Positions 12,563-25,800 of a stretch of 64,000 nt of DNA are shown here, piece by piece. A program made the translations under genes and the position numbers. Where the stretch lies: the NCBI GenBank assembly GCA_951406725.2, contig OX597817.1:164238001-164302000 (forward strand), read 5' to 3'. Below the pieces are notes generated by a model. It saw only the letters and a program-made list of their open reading frames with translations. It did no database searches and was not told where the DNA came from. The number at the start of each line of letters is the position of its first letter. Positions within the stretch are counted from its first letter, which is position 1. The DNA comes from Octopus vulgaris (lineage: Eukaryota).

Positions 12563-12857
12563 TTTTGTTCATCGACAAATGGAGGTTGTTAGGCGGTGTT
12601 CGTTCGTTATAGTTATCTTGTATATAATATTCCGTCACAGGTCACCAAAAACTAACATCTATAACGATAAACATTTACCTATTATAATACTGATGCGAAT
12701 AAATTAACCACTGAAATATTATTTCTGTGTTATTATTTAATTTCGTCTTTATAGAAAAGGAATAAAACACATTTATTGATTATCTAGTTATTCTGTAGAA
12801 TTTTGATTTAATGGAAGGAATATTTATCTCCACCGCTCTTAACCGAGCCCCGAAGTC
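12563..12857. promoter_or_regulatory. Compact bidirectional promoter and 5' UTRs shared by ZC3HC1 and KLHDC10
   Basis: 295 bp between divergent ATGs; local CpG retention from about 12300 to 13000 and no repeats; ETS-like CCGGAAGT (about 12329) and CRE-like TGACGTC (about 12366) nearby. Confidence 0.7.
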
Positions 12858-12924
12858 ATGGCAGAGGGAAGCAGTCCAATGTCGTTGCTAAAAGTCCAGA
12901 CAATAATTCCTCGACAGAGCGATG
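12858..12924 (+). CDS. KLHDC10: KLHDC10 exon 1 (coding part)
   Basis: gtcATGG start, MAEGSSPMSLLKVQTIIPRQSD, GTATGG donor in phase 1 compatible with exon 2; little sequence conservation, so less certain than the other exons. Confidence 0.72.
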
Positions 12925-14200
12925 GTATGGTTTATATTAAAAAATTCTTTCTTAAGGGAAAACGTATTTTGTCGTAGATCCACTAACCTGAAAATATTTA
13001 TTTAAACATTAACAGAAACTACATTATTAACTGTATTCTCTCGACCCAGCTACTCACTATGTTTTATGACATTTTAGTTTCCAAGATGTGTCCATCAGCT
13101 GGAAGATACTGTCTGCAATACTTGAAGATAGGTTTGTGAATTTACGGCTTTAATTAATTCTAGTACTCTGGTAGGATCAATTGAAAGGATGCCCCTGCAT
13201 TAGTTGTTGTTTAATATTTACGTTAAGCCTGGTCATTTCTGCTGCTTATCCGTATTTTCCCTGGATACAATACGCCCAGGTCCACATCATTCAATGTGTC
13301 TTTTTAAAGACAGTGTAGTGCCATTTGCCTGCTATTTCTAGCAGGTCAAACGATTGTATGGAGGCTTCTTCGTTTGTCTCAAACTGCAGTTTGTTCCATG
13401 CTTGCGTGTGAACAGTATCGTAGTACAGAGCTGTTTGTAAGGAGTCTAGACAACAGGATTCTTCTAAACAGCCAACTATGCCTAAAATGTTAGAATTCTC
13501 TCTTCTTTCTCACCATATACAAATTCAGATGCTACTTCAGATTCGCATCTCGCTTAATAGTTCACTTTTTTGCTATGTCGCATTTTAAATCTTCCTATTA
13601 CGCTCACATTCGTGGAGCTACAGAGCCTCTATGCAGTCACTCTATTTGCTAGAAACAGCAATCAACTCTCCCTCGAATTACAACCCACCGTCTTATAAAA
13701 AGGAAGGACACATTGACCATAATACTATCCTACACGTTTGAAAAGAAATTAAAGGATAATTGTTACTGGAATATCTACTATATCACAGAATTTGTATATT
13801 ATTTCTTGCTCAAAGTTCCCGTAACAAATGGTATATATTACCATAAATAAGCAGGAAACAAAAAAGGCTTATTCGTTTCAGTGTGGAATTTTTCTTTAAT
13901 CTTTATCTCTTCTTTATTTTACCTTTTAAGTCGACGGTCTTCGGTTATTGTGTTTTTAAAAATCGAAGATTTAGAATCTTCCAAAAGTTTTTGTTTTAAT
14001 TAAAAAAAAAAAAAAAAAGGAAATTTTGGAGGGTTAACAGATTTACATCTCCAATATATATTTTTTCTTTTTTGATTGCATATAAATATATTTCGTTTGC
14101 ATTTGAGGTACATATGAGCATTAATCTATTTCGCTTACTGAAATTTTTTACTTATGATTACGAAATATAAAAAATTATTACTGCTGTAAATGCCGAAACC

Positions 14201-14300
14201 GGCGGAGGTAAAGAATACGTTCACAGACCGTTTTTGGCGTAACAAAAACCCTGTTCCTTACCCGAAATACCCGGGTGTACGTATTCTTTACTTTCACCCC
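14201..14300. mobile_element. 100-bp MITE, Merlin-like (GG termini, 8-bp TSD)
   Basis: Perfect TSD ccgaaacc; TIR gg..gtaaagaatacgt / acgtattctttac..cc. Confidence 0.7.
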
Positions 14301-15049
14301 CCGAAACCGTAACCAAGTTCTTATGAAAAATATTTAAAACTTTTTTTTAAATGTAAAAGAAAAAAAAAAGGTTCTGAATCTTTGATATTTAAAGCAGAAA
14401 ATCCGAACCCTCGTTACAGAGTGTGTAAGAGGTAGGTAGGTGTACCTGAAGGCGTGGGCTTCGAAATAGAAACGTTTTCAATATTGAATTAGTTCTTGCG
14501 CATGCGTGGACGTGTGTGCATGTTTGCAAACAATTCTGTTTGGACGCGCGAAAACATGCGTAAGTATTCTAAACCGTGACCGTTCTGTCTTTTAAAAGCT
14601 CTGCAACCGTGATCATGGCGAAGCGTTGCGATCGTGACCATCCCGTCTTTTAAAAGCGTGTCAACTACGACCATCTCGTCCTTTTTGAAGACCCAAATCT
14701 CCCCCCATAACCCACCCCGACTTTGGATGATCATAACTTGCAGAAAAACGGATATTTTTTCAATGAAATTTTCAACGAATATGTGTTATATCATGTAGAT
14801 TCCGAATATACAAAAACGAGTTTTTAAAGATGAATTTATCATCTATCTTCTTTACTTCTATAAACCTCTGCATCTTCACTTATTCATTTCAAACTTTGAA
14901 TTTTCAATTTAATGTAATCCACACTCTCTATCTAAAATTTATAGGTAAAGAAAGAAATAGCAAAAAAAGGTTAATGTTTACATGTTGACCCGGAAATGAA
15001 AATACAAAAGATATACTGAAATTTGTGTAAAACAATGTGTAGGATAGCA

Positions 15050-15630
15050 AAGATTCGAAAATGGAGGTGGAGGTGAAATTTCCGAGGGTTCCACCCCACC
15101 CCGTTTTCCGGACCCAAAAAAGGGTTTTGTAGCATATTAGGAGGTCACCGGAATTCAGTCAACAAAAAAAAAATTCCAATGATTCTGGGATGTGGGGTGG
15201 GGTCCGGTCCCCCCCCCCCACCCTTTTTTTCCGAACAAAAATAAGGGGTTTGCAGCATATGAAATCAGATTACTTGATTCCATGCAAAAAGTCCGAGTTT
15301 TTTTTTTTTTTTTTTCTTTCTTAGTGAAAATTGTGCTGGTGAAATTTACGAGGCTTCCACCTCACCCCCACCCCGTTTTCTGGACCCAAAAATGGGTTTT
15401 GTAGCATATTAGGAGGCCACCGGAATGCATTCAACCAAAAAAAAAGAAAATTTCCAATGATTCCGGGATGTGTGTTGGTGGGGGGGAGTTCTGTTCCCCC
15501 CCCCTTTTTTTTTTCCCAAACAAAAATAAGGAGTTTGCAGCATATTAGGAGGTCAGGGTACTTGATTCCACACAAAAAATCCGAGTTTTTTTTTTCTTTT
15601 TTTTTTTTTTTCAGTCAAAGGATTAAAATT
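15050..15630 (+). repeat. Tandem units of about 270 bp, with an inverted copy at about 16130-16330
   Basis: Repeated gtgaaattt..ccaccccgttt..ggacccaaaaa..gtagcatattaggagg; probable DNA-transposon internal repeats. Confidence 0.6.
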
Positions 15631-16453
15631 TACCCAAAAATCTGTAATGCCAGTAGTGGTAAATAACAACAGTTAACAATAAATGTGTGGCCTTACTGGC
15701 ACATGTACAGGTGGCACGTAAAAAACACCATTTGAGCATGGCCGTTGTCAGTACCGCCGGACTGGCCCTCATGCCAGTGGCACATAAAAGCACCCACTAC
15801 ACTCTTAGAGTGGTTGGTGTTAGGAAGGGCATCCAGCTGTTGAAACTCTAGCAGATCAGATTGGAGCCTGGTGCAGCCATCTGGTTTGCCAGTCTTTAGT
15901 CAAATCGTCCAACCCATGCTAGCATGGAAAGCAGACGTTAAACGATGATGATGTGTGTGTGTGTGCTGTTGGCATCAACATGTTACACTTTCAAATTAAA
16001 TAATATTGGTTTCAAGTTTTGGCACAAGGCCAGCAATTTCGGAAGGGAGCTAAGTCAATTATATCGACTCCAGTGTTCAACTGGTACTCATTTGGGGAAG
16101 TACACCCACTCGTACTTTACTAAGATAAAAATAATCTCAGATTTTTTCAAGAACTCTGACCTCCTTGCATGCTGCAAACTCCTTGTTTTTGTTCAGGAAA
16201 AAAGTGGGGTGGGAAATCGGACACCCCCCCTCATCCTGGAGTCATTGGAAAATTTTTTTTGTTCATTGAATGAATTATGGTGACCTCCTTATATGCCACA
16301 AAAAACTTCTTTTGGTCTGGAAAATTTACCCTTATTTTATCAACCTTAGTGGAAATTGTAAAATGAATATATATATATTTTTTTTTTTTTTTGTAATTTT
16401 ATTAACTATTTTGTAAGCTTTATTTATACAAGTAAACCAAATAAATATATATT

Positions 16454-16976
16454 TTGGGTTGTCCAGAAAATTTGTGCCGATTTTTAAAGGAAAGAAAAAG
16501 GTCAATAAATACTTGCCATTACATTTTTAATCAACCAAATATGAACCATTTTGTTGCACGATGCATCTTCCTGGAATTGAGGTGATTTCATGGCAAAGAA
16601 TTCGTCAAGGTATCTTTTTACATCATCCAAGGAATTGAAATTTTTATCAATAAGACTATTCTGCAGAGAACTGAATAAGTGGAAATCCAAAGGAACAATA
16701 TCTGGTGAATATGGAGGTTGGGGTAACACATCCCAGCCGAGCTGCAGCAATTTTTGTCTGCTTCCCAAAGCATCAAGTGCCGAAAATGAACTTTCTTATC
16801 TTCCATTTTAAAGGGTTAAGGTTAAAGGAACATAAACCTTCTTCCACGAAAAGATAGCTTAAACTGTGCTCTAAATGGAGGTGTAGTCAAATCCTATTTT
16901 ATGGATTCGACCATGTTCTCAAATAAGTCGAAAGGTAAGCTACTATAAATCGGCACAAACTTTCTGGACGACCCAA
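16454..16976 (-). mobile_element. Internally deleted mariner element
   Basis: TIR ttgggttgtccagaaaatttgtgccgattt / aatcggcacaaactttctggacgacccaa; transposase remnant LGWDVLPQPPYSPDIVPLDFHLF; one-ended copy about 29975-30077. Confidence 0.9.
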
Positions 16977-17954
16977 TAATTATATAAAAGTTCTATAATT
17001 ATTTGGTTTATCTGTATAAATAAAAGGAATAATATTGGTTTCAATTTTGGCACCAGGCCAGCAATTTTGGGGAGGAGGGGTTAGTTGATTACATCGTCCC
17101 CAGTGTTCGGCTAGTGCTTATTTTATCAAGCTCAAAAGGATGAAACGCAAAGTCGACCACAGCGGAATTTGAACTCAGAATTTAAGGGTAGTTGAAATGC
17201 GACAAAGCATTTTACCTGGCGTGCTAATGATTCTACCAGCGCGCCGCCTTCAAATGAATAATATTTAGAACTTTTTTGAATTATAGAAATATTGAAAATC
17301 CAACATTATTTTAAGACACAACATATATATTTCAATATGATATGATTTCCTGAAAAATAGAAAAATAAATAACAGAATGCTCATAGAAAATTTTTTTAAA
17401 TGGATAATCTGGCAGAATCGTTAGAACGTTGGATAAAATGCCTTTCAGTTTTCTGACTCTTGACATCATGAGTTCAAATCCCATGAAAGCCAACATTGTC
17501 TTTTCAACCCTCTAGAGTCAATAAAATACAGCACTATTCAAGTGCTGAAGTTGATAGTATCAACTAAACCCAAAAGATTGCTGGCCTTGTGCCTAAACTA
17601 GACACAACTATTATAGGCCTACTGGTTCACTGTTGTCCTGGGGCTAAACAGTCATAATAACTAACAACGATCTCATCACAGCTACCAAAGTATCCTCTGC
17701 AGGGTCACTGCATCTGTCAGAAATGGAGATGAATCTTCACCTGGAGTTTTGTATGCATGAAATTTGGATTTTAGGTGAAGATGTTTACTTCCCAACCATG
17801 TGGCTGGGTTCGGTCCTACTGTGTCGCACCTTGGGCTAGTGTCTTATACTATAGCCCCAGATATATCAAAGCCTTGTGAGTGGATTTGGTAGACAGAAAC
17901 TATAAGAAACCCAATGTATGTGTATGTATGCGTTCATACATACAAATAGATATA

Positions 17955-18428
17955 CCGTAAATCCTCGAGTATAATCTGCACTTTTTTGCCAAAATTTAAA
18001 GGTTAAAAATGAAAATTATTTTCTAAGCAATGTCCGAGTCTCTATTTGCTGTCCGGCAATGTTTATTCAGACGCATTTTGTGATGTCGGGCGTGAAAATA
18101 CCTTAAGCTAAGCCTGAAAGCAATGAAGTCATAAAAGAATCATCCATAACTTGCAGTAAGCAACATTTACTAAAATAAAAGTATTCAGAACACAGAATAA
18201 CATGTAACAAAAACAATTTGCAAACATATTTACATTCCCATATAACAGTTAAGAACATAACCATTATTGTATTACACATGCGTGGAAGTGTTTGTTCGAC
18301 TAGGTGCTGCTGGCTTAATTACGCACGTCTCAAGTTAGAGAAGGGGTGCGTATTATGCACAAGGTTTAGCTTTTTCAGAAGTACAGCCCCCTAAAAATCC
18401 CCTGCGTATTATACTCGAGGATTTACAG
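17955..18428. mobile_element. Tc1/pogo-like MITE
   Basis: TA TSD; TIR ccgtaaatcctcgagtataa / ttatactcgaggatttacag. Confidence 0.85.
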
Positions 18429-19611
18429 TATGTATATTTGTCAACAGAGTTGGTATATTATAGTGTGTCCTATCATGTTAGCAGTGCTATTAAATCACCT
18501 TTTAAGGTTATCTTTACAGATTTTTCTATAGAAACTATATCCATCACTGATTTGTTACAGTGTTTCATATCTGAATACATCTAATGTAAACAACAATGCA
18601 ATTGAAGTTAGGAAAATAGGTAATGGGTCTATACTCTTCTACTTGTTTCAGTCATTTGACTGTGGCCATGCTGGAGCACCGCCTTTAGTCGAGCAACTCG
18701 ACCCCGGGACTTATTCTTTTGTAAGCCCAGTACTTATTCGATTGGTCTCTTTTGCCAAACCGCTAAGTTATGGGGACGTAAACACACCAGCATCGGTTGT
18801 CAAGCGATGTTGGGGGACAAACACATACACACACACACACATATATACATATATACGACGGGCTTCTTTCAGTTTCCGTTTACCAAATCCACTCACAAGG
18901 CTTTGGTCGGCCCGAGGCTATAGTAGAAGACACTTGCCCAAGGTGCCATGCAGTGGGACAACCTGGAACCATGAGGTTCATAAGCAAGCTACTTACCACA
19001 CAGCCACTCCTACACCTATGTATATGCATATTTCAGGAGTTCTTGCTCCGTCTTCAGTACCACATCCAACCCATTAACCATCCACAGAATCATTGCTTAA
19101 ACAGCTACTAAATATAGCAGTTACACCCCCATTACCTATTTTTCCACCTTCAGTTGCATTGTTTACATTAGACATATCTGGATACAAAATATCGTAACAA
19201 ATCAGTTGTAATTTCTATAGAAAATCTGTACAGCTAACCTTAATCAATGATTTAACAGCACCACTAACACTGTAGGACACAGTATTGACTTAAAGTGTTT
19301 AATATACTTTGTAGTACAGTATTATAAACCTATTACTTTAATACATCCACTCTGTTGACACATATAAGAGTACCTATTTGTATGTATACACACACATGCA
19401 CATATATACATTGGGCCCCTTTCAGTTTCTGTCTACTAAATCCACTGATAAGGGTTTGATATATCCGAGGCTATCATAGAAGACACCAGCCCAAGGTACC
19501 AAGTAGTAGGGCTGATCCCAACTACATGGTTGGGAAGTGAACATGCATGCATCAAAGAATACGGTAGTATAGATCCATTATTTATATACACCCATTCTGT
19601 TGACAAATATA

Positions 19612-20883
19612 TCAGGTCATCCCATAAGTTCTGTCTGAATTTTGAATAAAGAAAACAAGTGATCAAATGTTATATTTAATTGAAATTTAATCATCAATGT
19701 ACTTTCCCTGATTATCTATGACTTCCATCAATTTACAAGCTTTTTAATCCCATCAATGTAAAACTCTTTTGGTTTCAAAGCAAGGAACTCTGAAATGTCA
19801 GTTTTGACCGCCTCCTGGCTTGCAAAAGTTATGTCTCCCATATGATTCTGTAAACTATGAAACAAATGGTAGTCTGAAGGAGCAAGGTTGGGAGAATAAG
19901 GTGGATGAGGAATTTTTTCCCAACCAAGCTCTTCGATCTTCTGTGATGTGATCTTTGCAATGTGAGGTCGCTCATTGTCCTGACGAAACATCACTCCTTT
20001 TTGATTCACTAAAGCAGGTCTTTTTTCCTTCAAAGCTTGGTTCAAATGCCCTAACTGCTGACAGTAGACTGGAGCATTGATTGTTGCATTAGGTGGTAAC
20101 AATTCAAAGTGAATTACTCCTTTGCAATCCCATCTGATAGAGAGAACCTTTTTCCCATGAAATTCCCTTCTCGATTGTGGTTGAGCTTTTTCCCTTTTAC
20201 CAAGTCACTGTTTATGACATTTAATATTTCGATAGAAGACACATTTTTCGTCACCAGTCACAAATCTATCGAAAAAGGGTGAAATAAGTTCGCGAGAATG
20301 GAGAGAAGAGCAGATGTCAACTCGGGATTTGCGGTTGCTTTCGGACAATTCATGAGGCACCCATTTTCCAAGTTTAGGAACCGTTCAAGTTGTTGAAGAC
20401 GATGATGAACAGTTATATGGTTTGAACTTAGCTTTATTGCCAATTCTTCGACTGATAATGCAGGATTTTTTTCAAGTAATGTCTCAAGGAGCTTATCATC
20501 AAACTCAACTGGACATCCTGTTCGATCTTTATCTTCAAGATTGAAATCTCCACTTTTTGATTTTGCAAACCATCTTCTACAAGTTCTTTCATTCAAGCAT
20601 TCTTTCCCAGTGTATGTTTCGAGTCGCTTCGACTGCAGAGTTTCCTTTTTTGTACTCATGAAGCATTATATGCCTCAAATGCTCTTTGGATACTTCCATG
20701 TTAGAAAGGGTTTTAATCAAGGAAATTTTAATTCTATTATTCTGTAAAATAATATTTAATTAGTTTAAATGTACACAAATGCATAATAGTAATTTTTAAT
20801 TCCATTAGACATTCTAAAATACTATTAAATTTAATTCTATTTTAAAAAAGGTAAAATCCGATAGAATTTATTGCATGACCTGA
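19612..20883 (-). mobile_element. Full-length mariner (DD34D-type) transposon with pseudogenised transposase
   Basis: TA flanks; TIR tcaggtcatcccataagttctgtc / gatagaatttattgcatgacctga; ORF pieces ..RTCRRWFAKSKSGDFNLED.. and QDNERPH...HPPYSPNLAPSDYHLF; frameshifted. Confidence 0.93.
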
Positions 20884-21239
20884 TACAAGTACATGTTTTA
20901 TCTGACTTATAGATTCATAGATGACTGTGTGGGTCTGTATATGTATGCATGTTTTACTTTGTGCTTCCATGTCTTGACATTACACGTTAGTTGTAAACGA
21001 GTGTCACCATCATACAAGCAGTGTCTGTTATATTTCTAACATCTTTATATACTCAACTAGAACAGAATTTACAAAACATCAGTATCTATCTTTTACAGAA
21101 CATAGAGCTCTGTTAAATCTTTACAACTAATTTTCTACTGTGAAATAACCAATACAAATACTTCTTATGCTTGTAGTCAACTACAAACTGATGGTTTCAA
21201 TCATGATTTCATTTTGTGAACATTTATCTTGTTATTTAG

Positions 21240-21355
21240 ATTGTGAAAACACAGATATACCAATTGAACGAAGTGGACATCGAATTATTGTTACAGCCAA
21301 CCACATATTTGTTATCGGTGGATTTAACCCAACCTACTCGGAATTGTTTAATGAG
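21240..21355 (+). CDS. KLHDC10: KLHDC10 exon 2
   Basis: PIERSGHRIIVTANHIFVIGGFNP..LFNE resembles human PARSGHRCVADNTNLYVFGGYNP..LFRE; AG/GT, phases 1/0. Confidence 0.92.
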
Positions 21356-21588
21356 GTAAAATAGAAGCAAGTAAAATGATTTATCATTGTTTTATATCGT
21401 TTAATTTAAACATTTAATAAGAGAGTGTATGTGTGACTGTCTGTTTAAGAAGATTGCTTCCCAACCACATTGCTTTTGGTTTGTTCCCACTGCATGGCAA
21501 GTGTCTTCTATTATAGCTCAGAGGTAATCAAAGCCTTCTGAGTGGATTTGGTTGCTGAAAACTGAAAGAAGCCCATTGTGTGTGTGTG

Positions 21589-22876
21589 TGACAAAACACT
21601 GACTCGAAAAATGACCAGCTAAGCGAATTTAACTTACAACCTGTCATTCATATTCATTTTTTTAAGCGTTGATTCGTAACTCTAAATCCCGTTTCTCTAT
21701 TATTTATTTCGCCATCTTGTATGCATGGCTTCCTGTCTGTCATGCATTTTAAATTCCTCCTTTAATTTCAGTGTCATCCCGTTGTTATTCCATCCCCAGA
21801 ATTCACTACAATATTCTCCCTCTCTCTCCTATTTATATTATGTTTTAATCGAACCCCGAAGTTTCTAGATGTTCAGTAATTTCTGTCGCAGAAAATTCCC
21901 TACGTATTAACTTAAAACCTGTTGTTCCTTCGTCGTTATTCCTTTCCCCAAAGATACCCTAAATTCCCTACGAAATATTTTCTCTCTCTCTTATTTATAT
22001 TACATTCTTCTCGAACCCCGAAGTTTCCAGATGTTCAGTAATTTCTGTTGCAGAAAATTCCCTACGTATTAACTTAAAACCTGTTGTTCCTTCGTCGTTA
22101 TTCCTTTCCCCAAAGATACCCTAAATTCCCTACGAAATATTTTCTCTCTCTCTTATTTATATTACATTCTTCTCGAACCCCGAAGTTTCTAGATGTTCAG
22201 TAATCTCTGTCGCAGAAAATTCCCTACGTATTAACTTAAAACCTGTTGTTCCTTCGTCGTTATTCCTTTCCCCAAAGATACCCTAAATTCCCTACGAAAT
22301 ATTTTCTCTCTCTCTTATTTATATTACATTCTTCTCGAACCCCGAAGTTTCTAGATGTTCAGTAATTTCTGTTGCAGAAAATTCCTTACGAATTAAACCT
22401 GCTGTTCCTTAGCTCTCTCTCTCTCTTCCTTCCCCCCCTCTCTCTTTCCTCATGCTTCCACCTGATAAATCCCCCCCCAATCCCTAACTCTTTATAAAGC
22501 AGTGTTATCTCGTCCCTCTTCTCGATTCTACATCTTGCTGACAAAACACTGACTCGAAAAATGACCAGCTAAGCGAATTTAACTTACAACCTGTCATTCA
22601 TATTCATTTTTTTAAGCGTTGATTCGTAACTCTAAATCCCGTTTCTCTATTATTTATTTCGCCATCTTGTATGCATGGCTTCCTGTCTGTCATGCATTTT
22701 AAATTCCTCCTTTAATTTCAGTGTCATCCCGTTGTTATTCCATCCCCAGAATTCACTACAATATTCTCCCTCTCTCTCCTATTTATATTATGTTTTAATC
22801 GAACCCCGAAGTTTCTAGATGTTCAGTAATTTCTGTCGCAGAAAATTCCCTACGTATTAACTTAAAACCTGTTGTT
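21589..22876. repeat. 338-bp identical direct repeats (period 950 bp) enclosing a 162-bp tandem array
   Basis: 21589-21926 equals 22539-22876; cgaaccccgaagtttc recurs at 21850, 22012, 22174 and 22336. Confidence 0.9.
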
Positions 22877-25800
22877 TCTTGGAGGTGACCCCGCCCTCCC
22901 ACCCATCCACCAGAACCGGAAGTTTCTGTTTTCTATCTTTCTTGACCCCCCTCACCCCTATGTAGGGTTTATTGTGATCATATAGCGCAAAAACTTTGAA
23001 ATTTATGCAGGTTGTAGTCTAGAGTCTCAGTATGATATCTGGCAAATGCAAGCTTTCTTTTCAGGTACATAACACTGCGGCCCCTCATCCCAGGGTCTCA
23101 GAGGCCCACACCCTCAGGGTGGGCACCCTCAACGTTGGCACATTGAAAGGTAGGTCTGGCGAGATAGTCGAGATGCTTGAACGGAGACGTGTTGATGTAT
23201 GTTGTATGCAAGAAATAAGGTGGAGAGGAGGATCTGCTAGGGTCCTCACAGGCAAGGAACACAGGTACAAGATTTTCTGGGCAGGGAACACTGACGGGGT
23301 TGGTGGCGTGGGTATACTTATCGCTGAGAAATGGATAGATAGAGTAGTTGAGGTAATCAGAGTAAGTGACAGAATACTTAAGATTAGAATAGTGCTTCAT
23401 AATAGATTAGCAACCATTATATCGGCCTATGCCCCTCAGCCAGGGCTACCCGATGGACAGAAAGACAGTTTCTATGACACCCTACTGCAGACCACCTCAT
23501 CGACGAACGACAGGGACCTTCTCTTTGTGGCTGGTGATTTCAATGGGCATGTTGGACGACATGCTGGGGGCTTCCATGGCGTACATGGAGGCTACGGTTA
23601 TGGTTCCCGCAACGAGGAGGGAACCAGGCTGCTGGAGTTCTGCGATGCGAATAGTCTTATGGTCTGCAACACTAACTTCAGGAAACCAACAAGCCACCTG
23701 GTCACCTACCGATCGGGCCGGCATACTAGCCAAATCGACTACATCCTTGCCAGAAAAAAGGGAAAGATGGCTGCTTAAAAATGCCAAAACCTTCCCAGGC
23801 GAAGAATGTACCCCACAACATAGACTGGTAGTTAGTGACTTTAGGATCAGGACTAAGAGGGCGACTAGAAGACGACCAACATGGAGAAGAAGGGTCTGGA
23901 AGCTTAAAGCCCCTGCGAATGGACAGAGATTTAGAGATATGTTACTTGAAGCCTTCGACGAAGTGGAAGGGGGTATAGCTACACATGGGGTAGAAGACAA
24001 CTGGACGTTTCTGAGGGACAACCTGCTGAAAGCCGCTGACCAGATCTGTGGCTGGTGCAAAGTCCCCTTAAGACCCAAAATAACGTGGTGGTGGAACAAT
24101 ATTGTTGACAGGGCTATTAGACAAAAGAAACAGGCTTGGAAGGCCTGGAAGAACGGTGGTAGCAGGGAAGGGTATCAGACTGCCAGAAGGGAAGCTAGGA
24201 GACAGGTCTATCTAGCCAGAGGGGAAGCAGATAAGAGAAAATTTGCCAATGTCCTGCGCCGTGAGGATGAAAGACTTGAGGTATTTCGTGTTGCAAGACA
24301 GTGTGTGAGAGAGAATCGTGATGTGGTAGGAGAGAAATGTGTTCGCATGGAGGATGGTTCACTTGCGCTAAATGAGGATGCAAAGAGAGAAGCTTGGAGA
24401 CGCCACTATGAAAGGTTACTGAATGAGGAAAATGAATGGGATAAAGAGAGTCTGCCGAATGTTGACCCTACAGAGGGACCAGCTATCCGAGTTGATAGTT
24501 CCGTGGTAGCTAAGGCAATTAGAAGCATGAAGACAGGGAAAGCCCCAGGCCCATCAGGAATTACTGCAGAGATGCTCAAAATATCTGGCAGTGTCGGCTA
24601 TAACCTAGTCACCCGTATAGTCAACCAGGTGATACACGAAGGAGTCATACCCAATGACTGGTGCAGCAGCATACTAGTCAACTGCTACAAAGGTAAAGGT
24701 GATGCCCTAGATACAAATAATTACAGAGGTATCAAGCTGTTGGATCAAGTAATGAAGGTTACGGAGAGGGTCATAGCCCAACTAATTAGAGAGAGAGTTA
24801 GTTTAGATGAGATGCAGTTTGGGTTCGTGCCAGGGAAAAGTACCACTGATGCTATATTCCTGGTAAGGCAGCTGCAGGAGAAATACCTAGCCAAAGATAA
24901 GCCCCTGTACCTGGCTTTCGTTGACATGGAGAAAGCTTTTGATAGGGTCCCCCGATCCCTTATCTGGTGGTCAATGAGGAAACTAGGGATAGATGAATGG
25001 CTGGTGAGGACTGTGCAAGCCATGTACAGAGATGCCGTAAGTAAGGTTAGGGTTGGCAACATGTACACAGAAGAATTCAAAGTAGAGGTTGGGGTCCACC
25101 AGGGTTCAGTACTCAGCCCCCTCCTATTTATCATAGTACTCCAGGCAATTACGGAGGAATTCAAGACAGGCTGTCCCTGGGAGCTCCTCTACGCTGACGA
25201 CCTTGCTCTTATTGCTGAGTCACTATCAGAACTGGAGGAGAAGTTCCAGGTGTGGAAGGAGGGTTTAGAATCAAGGGGCCTTAGAGTCAACCTAGCTAAA
25301 ACCAAAGTACTAATAAGTAGAAAGGTAGACAATCCACAAATATCTTCAGGAAGATGGCCCTGCTCGATCTGTAGAAAAGGTGTAGGTAGAAACTCTATAA
25401 GATGTACCCAGTGTAAGCTATGGACACATAAGAGGTGCAGCAATGTCAAAGGTAGGCTAACTGGGAAGATAGTTTTTGTATGTGGCAGATGCTCGGGAGC
25501 ATTAACCTCCGAAAATCTGCAGAAAACAACTTCCGTCACTTTCCAGGGGGAAAAACTAGAAGTAGTTGATAGCTTCCGTTATCTAGGTGACCAAGTCAGT
25601 AGTGGGGGTGGGTGCGCTGAAAGTGTAACTGCTAGAATAAGAATAGCCTGGGCAAAGTTTAGGGAGCTCTTACCTCTGCTGGTGACTAAAGGCCTCTCGC
25701 TCAGAGTAAAAGGCAGACTGTATGATGCGTGTGTACGAACAGCCATGCTACATGGCAGCGAAACATGGGCCGTGACTGCTGAGGACATGCGTAAGCTCGT

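Noticed and set aside
22535-22575. Hammerhead in the 338-bp direct repeat (ctgacaa...cgaaa), which would make it a retrozyme
   Set aside because: The core is not CUGANGA and no stem II or stem III can be formed
23429-23755. N-terminal 110 aa of the 905-aa ORF as real protein
   Set aside because: It is the alternative frame of the APE domain upstream of the frameshift
23752-23760. A_AAA_AAG heptamer as a programmed -1 frameshift joining APE and RT
   Set aside because: The RT frame is +1 relative to APE, and a -1 shift reaches a stop within about 25 codons; a single-base insertion or sequencing error is simpler
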